A stretch of DNA of 64,000 bases, taken from contig NC_042997.1 of NCBI RefSeq assembly GCF_006345805.1, positions 209,622,001 to 209,686,000 on the forward strand, given 5' to 3'. This DNA is from Octopus sinensis (Eukaryota). Under the pieces are notes generated by a model. The model had not been told where the DNA came from. It searched no databases and saw only the letters and a list, made by a program, of their open reading frames with translations. The translations under genes and the position numbers were made by a program. Below, one piece after another: positions 1-11,262 of this stretch (position 1 is the stretch's first letter; every line of letters starts with the position of its first letter).

Positions 1-222
1 TACCCATAAGGGGCTAAACACAGAGGGGACAAACAAGGACAGACAAACGGATTAAGTCGATAACATCGGCCCCAGTGCGTAACTGGTACTTAATTTATCA
101 AGCCCGAAAGGACGAAAGGCAAAGTCAACCTTGGCGGAATTTGAACTCAGAAAATAACAGCAGATGAAATACCGCTAAGCATCTCGCCCAGCGTGCTAAC
201 GTTTCTGCCACCTCGCCGCCTT
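1..222 (-). mobile_element. tRNA-headed SINE, family B
   Basis: Reverse complement of the recurrent motif ggcggcgagctggcagaaacgttagc...ttctgagttcaaattccgccgaggtcgactttgcctttc; about 10 more copies occur in the window. Confidence 0.85.
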
Positions 223-338
223 TATCCTTCTCTGTATTAGCAGAAAGACTGTCATCAGTGCAGCATTCTGCTTGTCACTCAGTAATATTTACACATTTAA
301 TTCCCAATCCATGAATTTTCCTGATACTGGAATCAACA

Positions 339-396
339 TCATTTGGCTGACACTGGATTGAATTTATAATTTGGAGGAAAGTTTTTACTGATATAT
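339..396 (-). CDS. Probable terminal coding exon of an unidentified - strand gene (YISKNFPPNYKFNPVSAK*)
   Basis: Acceptor gctcctttctacag, phase 2, 18 codons then TGA, followed by non-repetitive UTR-like sequence. Phase-compatible with the exon at 923-954. Confidence 0.55.
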
Positions 397-922
397 CTGT
401 AGAAAGGAGCAGTGCAAATATTTAGGTAACCTTCCAGAAGAAGAATAAGCAGAGATGTTAGAAAATGCAAGAGGGTCTGCATGCTCTGCAGATCTTGAAG
501 AGAGGGAATGTTATTGTCAAGGTCCTTTCATTGCTATTCACAACCTCATCAAGCAAGCAACCAACCAACTGGTTGTTTAACCAAAACATTAAACAGATGA
601 TTGATTAGTTAATTGGTTAGATATTTATCTGATTGACTGACAATAAAGAAGTGATATTGAACCAGTGTGTGTGTGTTTGTTATTATTGGTATAATGACCT
701 TCCCAAGATTTAAAAAAAAAAAGCACTGAAAGTCTGATAATAAAAGATGTGTTGGTTAGATAATATAAAACCTGCGGTTTCTAAATGAGAAGATATGAGA
801 ATTCAAGAGGTGTTAATGACATTAATGAATTGAGTCTTATTGGAAGCTGGTCATAATTTTGGTTTATCAAGAAGATAACAACTCCTGCTGTTGATACCAG
901 CCATGAACACACCTGTACAAGG

Positions 923-954
923 TGATGAGTAAATCTCTGTTGAACTGAAGGCAG
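923..954 (-). CDS. Probable 32-nt penultimate exon (FNRDLLITLYR)
   Basis: Acceptor gctgccttcag and donor AG|gtgtgt. It ends in phase 2 and joins 339-396 to give FNRDLLITLYRYISKNFPPNYKFNPVSAK*. Confidence 0.5.
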
Positions 955-1221
955 CAGACTTAGTCTGATAAATCCTACCATTTCAATGTGATTCAGATGG
1001 CATTGAAAGTATTAATCTTTATGATTGAAAGCTTAGAAACTGTAATAAACATCTCTCATAAACAAGTTAATAAGTCAGTCAGTTATGTATTACTGCCTCT
1101 GCTCTCGTGTCTAGGACAGAACTAGTACGATCAATTAGTCTGTTGTTTTTAATATTTAATTTTACAAATACAAAGATATTTATCTCATATGTATGCACAT
1201 ATATATATATACATACATATA

Positions 1222-1320
1222 TTCTGGTGTGTCTGGGGAGAGTCATTCTCTTTTAGTGCCTTATTATTTAACACACTTGCCGGTAAAATTTCCACTTATT
1301 TCTTATTTTTATTTTCTAAA

Positions 1321-1354
<34 letters not shown>

Positions 1355-1490
1355 TCTGTTGTGTCTGGGGAGAGTCACTAAAAGAGAATGACTCTCCCCA
1401 GACACAACAGAATATGCTTCAACACACGAACTCACATAAAGAATCTTGCAAACCAAATCCAAAAACGAAATATTTATATATTAAATGATA
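1222..1490. mobile_element. Foldback fragment of the PLE-like family also at 32.2-32.9 kb
   Basis: About 25-bp perfect hairpin attctgttgtgtctggggagagtca / tgactctccccagacacaacagaat. The sequence is shared with 32290-32380. Confidence 0.6.
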
Positions 1491-1499
1491 TATAGCATA

Positions 1500-1870
1500 T
1501 CATCATCATTTAATGTCTGTTTTCCATGCTAGCATGGGTTGGACGGTTCGACTGGGGTATGGGAAGCCAGGAGGCTGCACCAGGCTCCAGTCTGATCTAG
1601 CAGTGTTTCTACAGCTGGATGCCCCTTCCTAACACCAACCACTCTGAGAGTGTAGTGGGTGCATGGGACAGAGGGGGCTGGCATCGATCACGATCGGATG
1701 GAGTTTTTTACATGCCACTGGCATGGAAGCCAGTCAAGGCGGTGCTAGCATCGGCCACATTCGGATGGTGCTTTTTACGTCTCACTGGCACAGGGACCAG
1801 AGGGGGCTGACATCGACCACGACTGGATGGTGTCTTTTAGGTGCCAGTCAGAGCGAGAGGCTGGCATCTA
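1500..1870 (-). mobile_element. 5'-truncated RTE-LINE 3' end with (GAT)n tail
   Basis: catcatcatttaatgtctgttttccatgctagcatgggttggacgg... matches the 3' UTR that follows the RTE ORF end at 43150-43326. About 25 copies occur in the window. Confidence 0.8.
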
Positions 1871-2660
1871 ATGGACACAGTGATAGTTGTGTGGTAAAAA
1901 GTTTGGTTTCTTATCACATGACTCTGTTCAGTACTACTGTGTGGCACCTTGGTCAAGTATTTTCTGCTATAGCCTCGGACCAACCAAAGCCTTGTGAGTG
2001 GATTTGGTAGACGGAAACTGAAAGAAGCTCCTTCTATCTGTGTGTGTTTGTGTATATTGTGGGACTCCATTGGTTATGACGACGAGGGTTCCAGTTGATC
2101 CGATCAACGGAACAGCTTGCTCTTGAAATTAATGTGCAAGTGGCTGAGCACTCCACAGACACGTCTACCCTTGATGTAGTTCTTGGGGGAGATTCAGCAT
2201 GACACAGAGTGTGACAAGGCCGGCCCTTTGAAGTACAGGTACAACAGAAACAGGAAGAAAGAGTGAGAGAAAGTTGTGGTGAAAGTGTACAGCAGGGTTC
2301 ACCACCACCCTGCTGGAGCATCGTGGAGCTTTTCGGTGTTTTCGCTCAATAAACACTCACAGCACCCAGTCTGGGAATTGAAACTGCGATCCTATAACCA
2401 TGAATCTGCTGCCCTAACCACTGGGCCATTGTGCCTCCACTTGTGTGTGTGTGTTTATGTGTATATATATTGTTTGAGTTTGTTATAATCGAAACATTTC
2501 TTCATTAAACTGAAGAATTGCTAAATCTTTTGAATAGCCTACAAATGTATTATTCTTTAACCAGGATAGTATTGATAGTCCGATGATGGCTTAGTTGACT
2601 ACAAGAAGACGTCCTGCTGTAGAAAATCCTCCTCAACAAATTCCATTCAACCCATGCAAG

Positions 2661-2960
2661 CAGGGCTGTCGAGTCAAAACAAAGATCTTTGACTCCGACA
2701 CCTCTACCATTTACACCTCCGACTCTCTTCATGTAATAAAGTGTGATTGTGGTCTACATATCTCATAAAGTATATGCATACGCTTGTACTTTGAGGAGAC
2801 CTATGTGTTATGAGTAGTTTATATTAAAGAATAAAGATGTTGCGAGTTGGAGTCAGTTGGTATAGTTTTACTGACTCTGACTGACTCTAGCTACTCCTTA
2901 ATTGTTTCCAATTCCATGACTCCGACTCCACGACTCCGACTCCACGACTCTGAAACCCTG
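2661..2960. mobile_element. hAT-type MITE
   Basis: TIRs cagggctgtcgagtc / gactctgaaaccctg, subterminal gactcc repeats, and a perfect 8-bp TSD CATGCAAG (2653-2660, 2961-2968). Inserted into an RTE 3'-end copy. Confidence 0.85.
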
Positions 2961-3468
2961 CATGCAAGCATGGAAAATTAGTTGTTAGAACAATGCGGTT
3001 GAAGATAGATCCCCTCTGTAGCAATACCCTTGTGTATGTTCCTTTATCGCAGTTTGGGCCTCTCAGCATCTGGCTCAAAACCACGTGCCTCTCTGCTGCA
3101 ACCCCACTCACTTGACAGCTTTTTTTCTTCCTTTTTTTGTCCTGCTAATTACTTGGCAACCCCACTAGTGCTGGTGTCCTGCAAAAACAGGATTGCTATA
3201 AGGCAGGGTATCCAGCCACAGAGATTATGTCAAAGCAGATATCGGAGTTTCATACAGTCCTTGCTGGCTCCTGCCAAACCATTCAACCCATGCCAGCAAG
3301 GAAAGAGAACTTTAAATGATGATGATGATTAAATTATTGATTTGGTCTTAAGGCTTAAATACTTTTATTTTTTTTCCATATATTTTAGAGACTCTGTCAG
3401 TGGAGAGTTTCAAATTTGAATGGAATTGGAAAGTAGTGCCAGTAATTGGCAAATAAAAGAAATTATCA

Positions 3469-3469
<1 letters not shown>

Positions 3470-3525
<56 letters not shown>

Positions 3526-3660
3526 TTATTGTTATTATTATTATTATTATTGTTATTGTTATTATTGTTATTATTATTATTGTTATTATTATTATTATTT
3601 CTGTTATTATTATCTACTAATATCACCACCGTGATTGTTATTATTACTGTTCATTACTAC
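3470..3660. repeat. (TAT)n/(TGT)n microsatellite
   Basis: Seen directly. Confidence 0.95.
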
Positions 3661-3794
3661 TATTGGTTATTATAGTTGAAATGTTGTTAAAAACTGTGGC
3701 AGATTTCATGGTGCTGATCAGGCAATCTAAAACCACTCACTGCTGCCAACTTTGCAATGATTGAAGTTAATGCCGATATTATTCTCTCTTGTAG

Positions 3795-3822
3795 TGTCAG
3801 CGTCTGACAGATTAAAAAAAAG
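3795..3822 (+). CDS. Candidate 28-nt micro-exon (SASDRLKK)
   Basis: Acceptor attctctcttgtag and donor AAAG|gtagag. Its phase-2 end is compatible with 5899-5931. Confidence 0.3.
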
Positions 3823-3989
3823 GTAGAGTTTCTACCCAGCTCAATCTATAGAAAGAATAGAAAATGCGATAAACCCAATAATCCTGAGCCGTTTGGCTTT
3901 GTTCATCAGATGTTAACATCGTTGCACATTTCAAATGACCGCAACTAATGAATTTACAGACTTCCTTTTCCAGCTGCAGTTGTACATAC

Positions 3990-4016
3990 ATATCCTGTAT
4001 ATATATATGTGTATAT

Positions 4017-4085
<69 letters not shown>

Positions 4086-4098
4086 TATTTACACACAA

Positions 4099-4133
<35 letters not shown>

Positions 4134-4251
4134 ATATATATATACACACACACACATATATACATATATATACACACATATGTACATATATATATACACA
4201 CACATAATATACACATATATATATATACACACATATATATACATATATTAT

Positions 4252-4284
<33 letters not shown>

Positions 4285-4503
4285 CACACACATATATATA
4301 CATATATATATATACACACACATAATATACACATATATATACACATATATATATATATATATACATACACACACATATATATACACACATATACATACAT
4401 ACATATATATATATATATACACACACACATATATATACATATATATATATACATTGTATATATATATATATTATATATATATATATATATACATACACAC
4501 ATA

Positions 4504-4539
<36 letters not shown>

Positions 4540-4600
4540 TATATTGTGTGTATGTGTGTGTGCTTGTGTGTGTGTGTGTATACATGTATATATTTATTGT
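3990..4600. repeat. Compound (AT)n/(AC)n microsatellite
   Basis: Seen directly; it explains many spurious ORFs. Confidence 0.95.
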
Positions 4601-5898
4601 GTTTATTGTAGATGTGTGTAACAGGTTCAGCAAACATGACACATTTACTTCACATGTTTAGTTGTTCTCACTGCAACTATGGTTTCTTGTTATAGCGAAG
4701 GCACGTGGCCTGGTGGTTGTGGTGTTGCATTCACAAATGCAAGGTCATGGTTTCGATTCTCAGGCTGGGCGGTAATGTATGTTTTTGAGCAAAAGACTTG
4801 GACATCTGACACATGGCACACCGTGCATTTTATGGGCAATGTGGATTTGAGGGAGGGAGTGAGGTTTATGTGCAACACAAACATTCAACAACTAGAAACA
4901 AATCATTTGTGCAGGTTTTTTCAACGAGATTTTGCAAAACCCTCATGTAGTGTTTACAACCGGAGAATCCACCAGTTTTACTTAATACATACTAATCATC
5001 ATCATCATCATCTTTAAAAATCTTTAAAACCTTTAAAAATGTTTCAGCTTCAAAGCTACGGTCATGCTGGGGCACCACTGTTTATATATATACCTAAAAT
5101 AACCTGAGAAACGTTTTAGGGATGCTGTTAAAAGCAAACCTTAAGGCTCTTAGTGTGCATGTTGAACACTGGGAGCAGATGATAGAAAATCAATTGGTTT
5201 GGGAAAAAGCAATCCACCTTGGTTGTAAAGCATTTAAAACACAGGGAATCAAACAATCCATCTTGAAACAATCACTTTGTAAAATGGGACTTGAGTTCAA
5301 TCCTGGACACTTTCCTGCCAACAAAATGTTTGCAGTTAGGGTCTGTTTGTTGAAAGCCAGACTTGCTAGTCACAGGAGACATCATGATGGCATTTACTAA
5401 TTGTAGAGATGGACTTCTGTAAAAGAAGTGACAGTTACCATGTGTGTGTATGTATGTAGTGCTTAGTGACCTTGTTGTTAAGGAGCTGAGCCCATTATAA
5501 TAAGGTTGCAGGTTCAGTTCCTTTACACAGTGTCCCATTGTGTCCTTGAGTGAGTCACTTCATTTCATGTTACTCCAGTTTCATCATCATCATCAGCATC
5601 ATCATCATCATCATCGTTTAACGTCCGCTTTCCATGCTAGCATGGGTTGGACGGTTCAACTGGGGTCTGGGAAGCCAAGAGGCTGCACCAGGCCCAGTCT
5701 GATCTGGCAGTGTTTCTACAGCTGGATGCCCTTCCTAACGCCAACCACTCCGTGAGTGTAGTGGGTGCTTTTTATGTGCCAGGCGGGGCTGGCAACGGCC
5801 ACGATTGGTTAGCGCTTTTTATGTGCCACCGGCACAGAGGCCAGTCGAGGCGGGGCTGGCATCGGCTACGTTCGGATGGAATCCTCTGTCTCTGTCAG

Positions 5899-5931
5899 CT
5901 GTCCCAACCATAATATTTCACTGAGTCAAAG
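5899..5931 (+). CDS. Candidate 33-nt micro-exon (CPNHNISLSQ)
   Basis: Acceptor cctctgtctctgtcag and strong donor AAAG|gtgagt. Only one frame is open (phase 2 to 2), compatible with the 41967 exon. Confidence 0.4.
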
Positions 5932-6351
5932 GTGAGTAAGCCGAGAGCATGTGTGTGTTTGCTGCAAATCACATAAAACAATTAGCAAAAGTATGATACA
6001 TGTTACTAGGTCCATACTTGCTTGCTGAGTTGTAGCTATTATTTTTATTTTTTATTTTTTTTTTTGCATGATTCATACATGTTGTTTGTCAGAATTACTG
6101 ACCTGGCCTGACCTCTTACTTTATTAGAGACTCCCAGCTGTATGACCTCTGTATCAAGTCCCCTCTTATTATCTTTTCTGCGGGTTAACATAACATCCTT
6201 TGATAACGTGAGCAGAGTGGACATTCAGGTCTTTAGAACGTGTATGGCGGTTGTGTTGTTTACACAAGGAAGAATAACATTCTGTGTGTTCCCAGATCAC
6301 TTCAAGCAGAAACTCGATATATTTACAGTCTTTATTTGGAACTGTGGAATC

Positions 6352-6737
6352 TTTACATTATTTACATTATTTACATTTGATGGATATTTTGTCCTCATCT
6401 TGTTTGTTGTTAACACAAGGTTTTGGCTGATATACCCTCCAGCCATCATCAGGTGTCTTGAGGAAATTTCGAACCTGGGTTCCCATTCCTAAGGTATTTT
6501 TCGATGATGATGATGACGATGACGACGTTGTTGTTGTTGTTATTGGTCAGGTCAGGTCACTGCCTGGAGTCAAACTCAGAATTTTTGGGTTAGTAGTCCG
6601 CGATCTTAATCACTAAGCCATATGCCCATGGGGTAGTGGTTAAGAGCAAAGGCTACTACCCCCAAAATTCCGAGTTCAATCCCAGGCAGTGACCTGAATA
6701 ATAATAATAATAATAATATCGAAAAATACTTTAGGTC
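6352..6737 (-). mobile_element. tRNA-headed, hammerhead-bearing SINE-like element (family F1) with an inverted partial duplication of its head
   Basis: On the - strand: tRNA-like head, (TAA)n, HHR motif at 6412-6457, then a (TGTAAATAA)n tail. 6632-6737 is an inverted copy of the head plus spacer. Confidence 0.7.
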
Positions 6738-6809
6738 TAGTTGTTAAGGTTGATGGTAGGCTGCCATTTAACAAATGAAAATGTGCTGCCATATTTAGAT
6801 AATTAGATG

Positions 6810-7373
6810 CCACCAGGATCTATTTTCCAGCTGGACAATTACCCAGTTCAAAAGGCTCAGAAAGTTTTGCAATAATATGGTGGTTCTTGAGTGGCCTCCA
6901 CAGAGCTTGGATTTGAATCCGATAGAAAATTTATAGAATTATGTTTCTAGAAGAGTTCATGCTGAAAAACCAACAAATTTGTCCCAATTATATAATTTCA
7001 TTGAAGAAAGAAAGCAGAACATTCCAAATGATTTTTGTGCTCATTTGTTGAGTTCCATGTCCTGTGCCGTTGCAAGGCCATTATTGAAAATAATGGCTAT
7101 GGAACTAGATTTTAATAATAAATTTTTGTTTGTTGATCATTTGTGGCGTAAATTTTCAATTTAGACAAAATAATGTTGGTATGGTCTTAAATTTATTTTG
7201 CTGAAAATTTTCAATCATTTGAATTAATTGTGCATTAAAAATATTTAAATTGTAGAAAGATACATAACACCTGTACCATTCAAAAGAGAAAAAAATTCTA
7301 CGGTTTTGTTAAAAATAAATTAACGAAGGAAGAGAACTGTCATCATCAGTCTTAAACTTATTTTGGCCAGTGT
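6810..7373 (+). pseudogene. Tc1-family transposase 3' relic with right TIR
   Basis: Translates to IFQLDN...LEWPPQSLDLNPIENL...CKAIIENNGYGTRF with stops and frameshifts. The terminus is cttattttggccagtgt. Confidence 0.85.
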
Positions 7374-7378
7374 GTGTG

Positions 7379-7431
<53 letters not shown>

Positions 7432-7840
7432 TCATTGTTTAATCATCGTTTATTGTCCGTTTTCCGCGCTAGCACAGGTTGGACGGTTTGACCAGGGTCT
7501 GGGAAGCCAGGGGCTGCACCAAGCTCCAGTTTGATCTGGCAGTGTTTCTACAGCTGGATGCCCTTCCTCTGCGACTGTAGTGGGTGCTTTTTACGTGCCA
7601 CCTGCACAGGTGCCAGGGGAGTCTGGCATTGGCCACTATCAGTTGGTGCTTTTAATGTGCCACCGGCACGGAAGCCAGCCAAGGTGGCGCTGGTATCGGC
7701 CACGTTCAGATGGTGCTTTTTATGTGCCACCGGCACAGAAGCCAGTGGAGGCGGCGCTGGCATCGGCCACGTTCGGATGGTGCTTTTTATGTGCCACCGG
7801 CACAGAAGCCAGTCTGTTATTTTATTAAACACCTGTCCAT

Positions 7841-7885
7841 TGTCCGGAAATCTTTCGTCACGCATCTGTGACCTCTTCAGCAACA
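7841..7885 (-). ncRNA. Type I hammerhead-like motif, family F3
   Basis: - strand TGTTG-CTGAAGA-G-GTCAC agatgc GTGAC-GAAA-GATT-TC-CGGACA. Confidence 0.55.
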
Positions 7886-8084
7886 TTTTTTGTTTTCGTG
7901 TGTTCTTGCTCCACTTACTCCATTCTATTCTAAGATGTGTATTCTTATGTGCACATGTGTTTGTGTCCATGTTTGTGTGTATGCCTGTGTATGTGTGTGT
8001 CATAGTTTTTAGCAGCAGTGTGGCCTTTCTCTCGGGTGCCTTGGAGAAATTTCGAACATGGGTTCTCATTCTTATGGGGGGGGT

Positions 8085-8141
<57 letters not shown>

Positions 8142-8344
8142 AAGTAAGGGGGTTTAGTTCACAGGTGATATAAACGATTAGGTACATTAGGTAAGTGCTG
8201 TAATGGATTACTAGGGCTCCAAGGTTATAGCCATCAATCAGCTGTAAGATTTTGAATTTCTTCCTAAAATAACATCGTATATGACTTGAGATGTTTGCCT
8301 TGCCTTAATGTTTGCTGTCCTCTTTAATAGTTATATATATATAT

Positions 8345-8640
8345 ATATATATATGTGGAGGTGCGTGGCTTAGTGGTTGGGGTGTCAGCATCATGATCGT
8401 AAGATTGTGGTTTCGATTTCTAGACCGGGCGACGCGTTGTGTTCTTGAGCAAAACACTTCATTTCACGTTGCTCCAGTCCACTCAGCTGACAAAAATGAG
8501 TAATGCTGCGATGGACTGGTGTCCCGTCCTCCTGGGGAACTCATATGTCATAAAAACCGGGAAACCAGGCCCATGAGTCCTTAGGTTCAATCCTGCGTAG
8601 ATCCATAAGCGTAAGTCTTTAGGTTCAATCCTGCATATAT
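8345..8640 (+). mobile_element. tRNA-headed SINE, family D (V-domain-like core)
   Basis: A-box tggcttagtgg, B-box ggtttcgatt, and core gcgatggactggtgtcccgtcc. Related copies lie near 4703, 11300, 17750, 28617 and 60565. Confidence 0.7.
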
Positions 8641-8851
8641 CCATGTGGGTTAAAGTCCTGATAGAGTAGACATCCCAAGAAAAAGATGCGAATATATCAA
8701 CGTTCAATATATGTATTAGAATAAAAGAGAGAATGGAATAAGTCTATCTGGAATAGTTGCAACAAGAAGTATATTAACACAGAGAATTGTATTACCATGT
8801 AAATGGTAAGAATAGGAATGTACAATAGAGAATATGAAGATGTCTAAAAGT

Positions 8852-8933
8852 TCTTACGATCGTTTCGTGATTATGTAACTGAATGGAATCGAAATGGTAA
8901 TCATATTGAAGTTGCATAATCATTCTTCAGAGA
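8852..8933 (-). ncRNA. Type I hammerhead ribozyme motif, family F2 (left arm)
   Basis: TCT-CTGAAGA-A-TGATTATG...CATAATCA-C-GAAA-CGATCG-TA-AGA. Confidence 0.7.
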
Positions 8934-9190
8934 TACAAAAAGAAGAAAACCATTCTTAAAAGTTTATCCATGTTTATGAGAATGAGTTAATCCATAGCAG
9001 TAGAGATAGGAATCATAGGAATTCTGTATCAATTTCCATATAGTAATCCAACAAGGTTTAGAGAGATTATCATAGTAGTAATCCAGTATAATTCTTTTAT
9101 AATTCCTATGATTCCTATCTATACCGCTATGGATTAACTCATTCTCATAAACACGGGTAAACTTCTAAGAACGGTTTTCTTTCTTTGATA

Positions 9191-9277
9191 TCTCTGAAGA
9201 ATGGTTATGCAACTTCAATATGATTACCATTTTGATTTCATTCAGATAAGTTACATAATCATGAAACGATCGTAAGA
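9191..9277 (+). ncRNA. Type I hammerhead ribozyme motif, family F2 (canonical core)
   Basis: TCT-CTGAAGA(9194-9200)-ATGGTTATG...CATAATCAT (9-bp stem II)-GAAA(9263-9266)-CGATCG-TA-AGA. Stem III is the palindrome ACGATCGT; the cleavage triplet is GUA. Confidence 0.8.
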
Positions 9278-9307
9278 ACTTTTATTCATCTTCATATTCT
9301 ATATTAT

Positions 9308-9760
9308 TAACATTTGACAGATATTTGTCCTCATCTTGTTTGTTGTTAACACATTTCAGCTGATATACCCTCCAGCCTTCTTCAGGTGTCTTGGGGAAAT
9401 TTCGAACCGATGGGTTATCATTCCTAAGTTATTTTTCGATGTTATTATTATTATTATTCTATGTTTGACTTTTGCTTTGCATTTGTACAAGTTGGCTCCA
9501 AGTCTCACCCAGAGACCTCAAGAGACAACAAGTTAGAAGTTCATGTTGGTGTTATGCCTAGGGTGCCATATATTTGGTTTTGTACATAGAGTTGTTCTAG
9601 AGAATGTTTAAGAAACCATAAGAAAATTATGTTTGTTTTAAAATTTGAGATTACATAGACAGTATTTTATGTATTATTATTATTATTCAGGTCACTGCCT
9701 GGAATCGAACTCTGAACCTTCGGGTTAGGTAGCCCGTGCTCTTAACCACTACACTATATC
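9308..9760 (-). mobile_element. F1 tRNA-headed HHR element, copy 2
   Basis: Head at about 9685-9760, a roughly 210-bp insertion in the (TAA)n spacer, and an HHR motif at 9348-9390. Confidence 0.7.
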
Positions 9761-10139
9761 CTCTATTATCCATTCCTTTTCTCGCCATTTACGTGGTAAT
9801 ACAATTCTCTGTGTTAATATACTTCTTGTTGTGACAATTCCAAATATACTTATTCCATTCTCTCTTATTATATTCTAATATAGATCTGCTCTTTCACTTT
9901 ACTCTCTGTCCTTAAGCAATTCTCTTCCAAGATCTTTGGGCAACGATCCAATTTGAGCACTTAACTGCTGACACCCAATACAGTTTGTCCTAAGAAAGAC
10001 TTTATTAATTATTTATACACACGTTTATCAATTCGTTTTGCTAGATTCCTGATGTGAAACTGTGTGTTGGAGCAGATATTGTTGTCTGTCAGGACGGTCA
10101 TTTTATTTATTTATTTTTTTTTTTGCCAAATATACGCAC

Positions 10140-10377
10140 GCACTTTTTTATTCCTTTATTCTTTTACTTGTTTCAGTCATTTGACTGTGGCCATGCTGGA
10201 GCACCGCCTTTTAGTCAAGCAAATTGACCCTAGGACTTATTCTTTGTAAGCCTAGTACTTATTCTATCGGTCTCTTTTGCTGAACCGCTAAGCTACGGAG
10301 ATGTAAACACACCAGCATCGGTTGTCAAGCAATGCTAGGGGGACAAACACAGACACACAAACATATGCACACACACA

Positions 10378-10420
<43 letters not shown>

Positions 10421-10421
10421 G

Positions 10422-10456
<35 letters not shown>

Positions 10457-10630
10457 GTGTATACATATATACATATATACAATGGGCTTCTTTCAGTTTC
10501 CATCTACCAAATTCACTCACAAGGCTTTGGTCAGTCCGAGGCACTAGCCCAAGGTGCCACGCAGTGAGACTGAACCTGAAACCATGTGGTTGGTAAGCAA
10601 GCTACTTACCACACAGCCACTCCTGCGCTT
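10140..10630 (-). mobile_element. Full-length tRNA-headed SINE, family A (CORE-like ccttgggcaagt motif)
   Basis: Head gcgcaggagtggctgtgtggtaag, internal (AC/AT)n, tail gtcaaatgactgaaacaagtaaaag. About 15 copies occur in the window. Confidence 0.85.
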
Positions 10631-10688
10631 ATATATTTTTTTGTGTCTTTACTCGTTTATTACTGTTCTTATTCTAATTCATGTCCAT

Positions 10689-10733
10689 TGTCCAGAAATC
10701 TTTCGTCACACATCTGTGACCTCTTCAGCGACA
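10689..10733 (-). ncRNA. Type I hammerhead-like motif, family F3, in an inverted repeat (about 10655-10790 / 10960-11090)
   Basis: TGTCG-CTGAAGA-G-GTCACA gatg TGTGAC-GAAA-GATT-TC-TGGACA. The inverted partner at about 11000 has GAAA changed to AAAA. Confidence 0.6.
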
Positions 10734-11201
10734 TTTTTCGTTTTCGCGTGCTTTCTTGCTCCACTTACTCCATTCCGTTCTTCTAAGATGTGTATGCATA
10801 TGTGCGCATGTGTTTGTGTATGCCTCTGTGTGTGTGTGTCATAGTTTTTAGTAGCTGTGTGACCTTTCTCTAAGCCCTAACCTCTCGCCCCATAGTGCTG
10901 CTTCTGTCTTAAGACCCGAGAAAGAAAAAAAAAGGGGGTACAGTTCCTATACAGAACGGAGCAAATAGAGCTAGAACACACACGGAAATGAAAAGTGTTG
11001 CTGAAGAGGTCACAGATGTGTGACAAAAGATCACCAGACAATGGACAGGCATTAAAATAATAAAATAAGAACAGTAATAAACAAGTGAAGAAAAGAAAAT
11101 CTAGTTTGTGTATTTATTTGCCCCCCCCCCCGAATAAAAATAAGAAAATAAAAATAAAATGACTATCCTGAAATACAACAATACATACATACATACATAC
11201 A

Positions 11202-11262
<61 letters not shown>

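Larger units (their letters stand above)
8715..9880. mobile_element. PLE-like foldback (family F2); right arm interrupted by an F1 element
   Basis: Left arm about 8715-9045 is the reverse complement of about 9090-9305 plus 9762-9880. Each arm carries an HHR. Confidence 0.75.

Noticed and set aside
3880-3945. CTGATGA and GAAA on the - strand, a possible type II hammerhead
   Set aside because: Stems II and III do not pair.
3812-4642. YI/VC/HT-rich ORFs (also at about 12.0, 27.7, 46.6, 51.7 and 52.2 kb)
   Set aside because: Microsatellite or low-complexity translations.
6169-6341. - strand open frame PNKDCKYIEFLLEVIWEH...VNPQKR*
   Set aside because: It abuts a repeat tail, has a modest acceptor, and has no compatible partner exon or recognisable homology.
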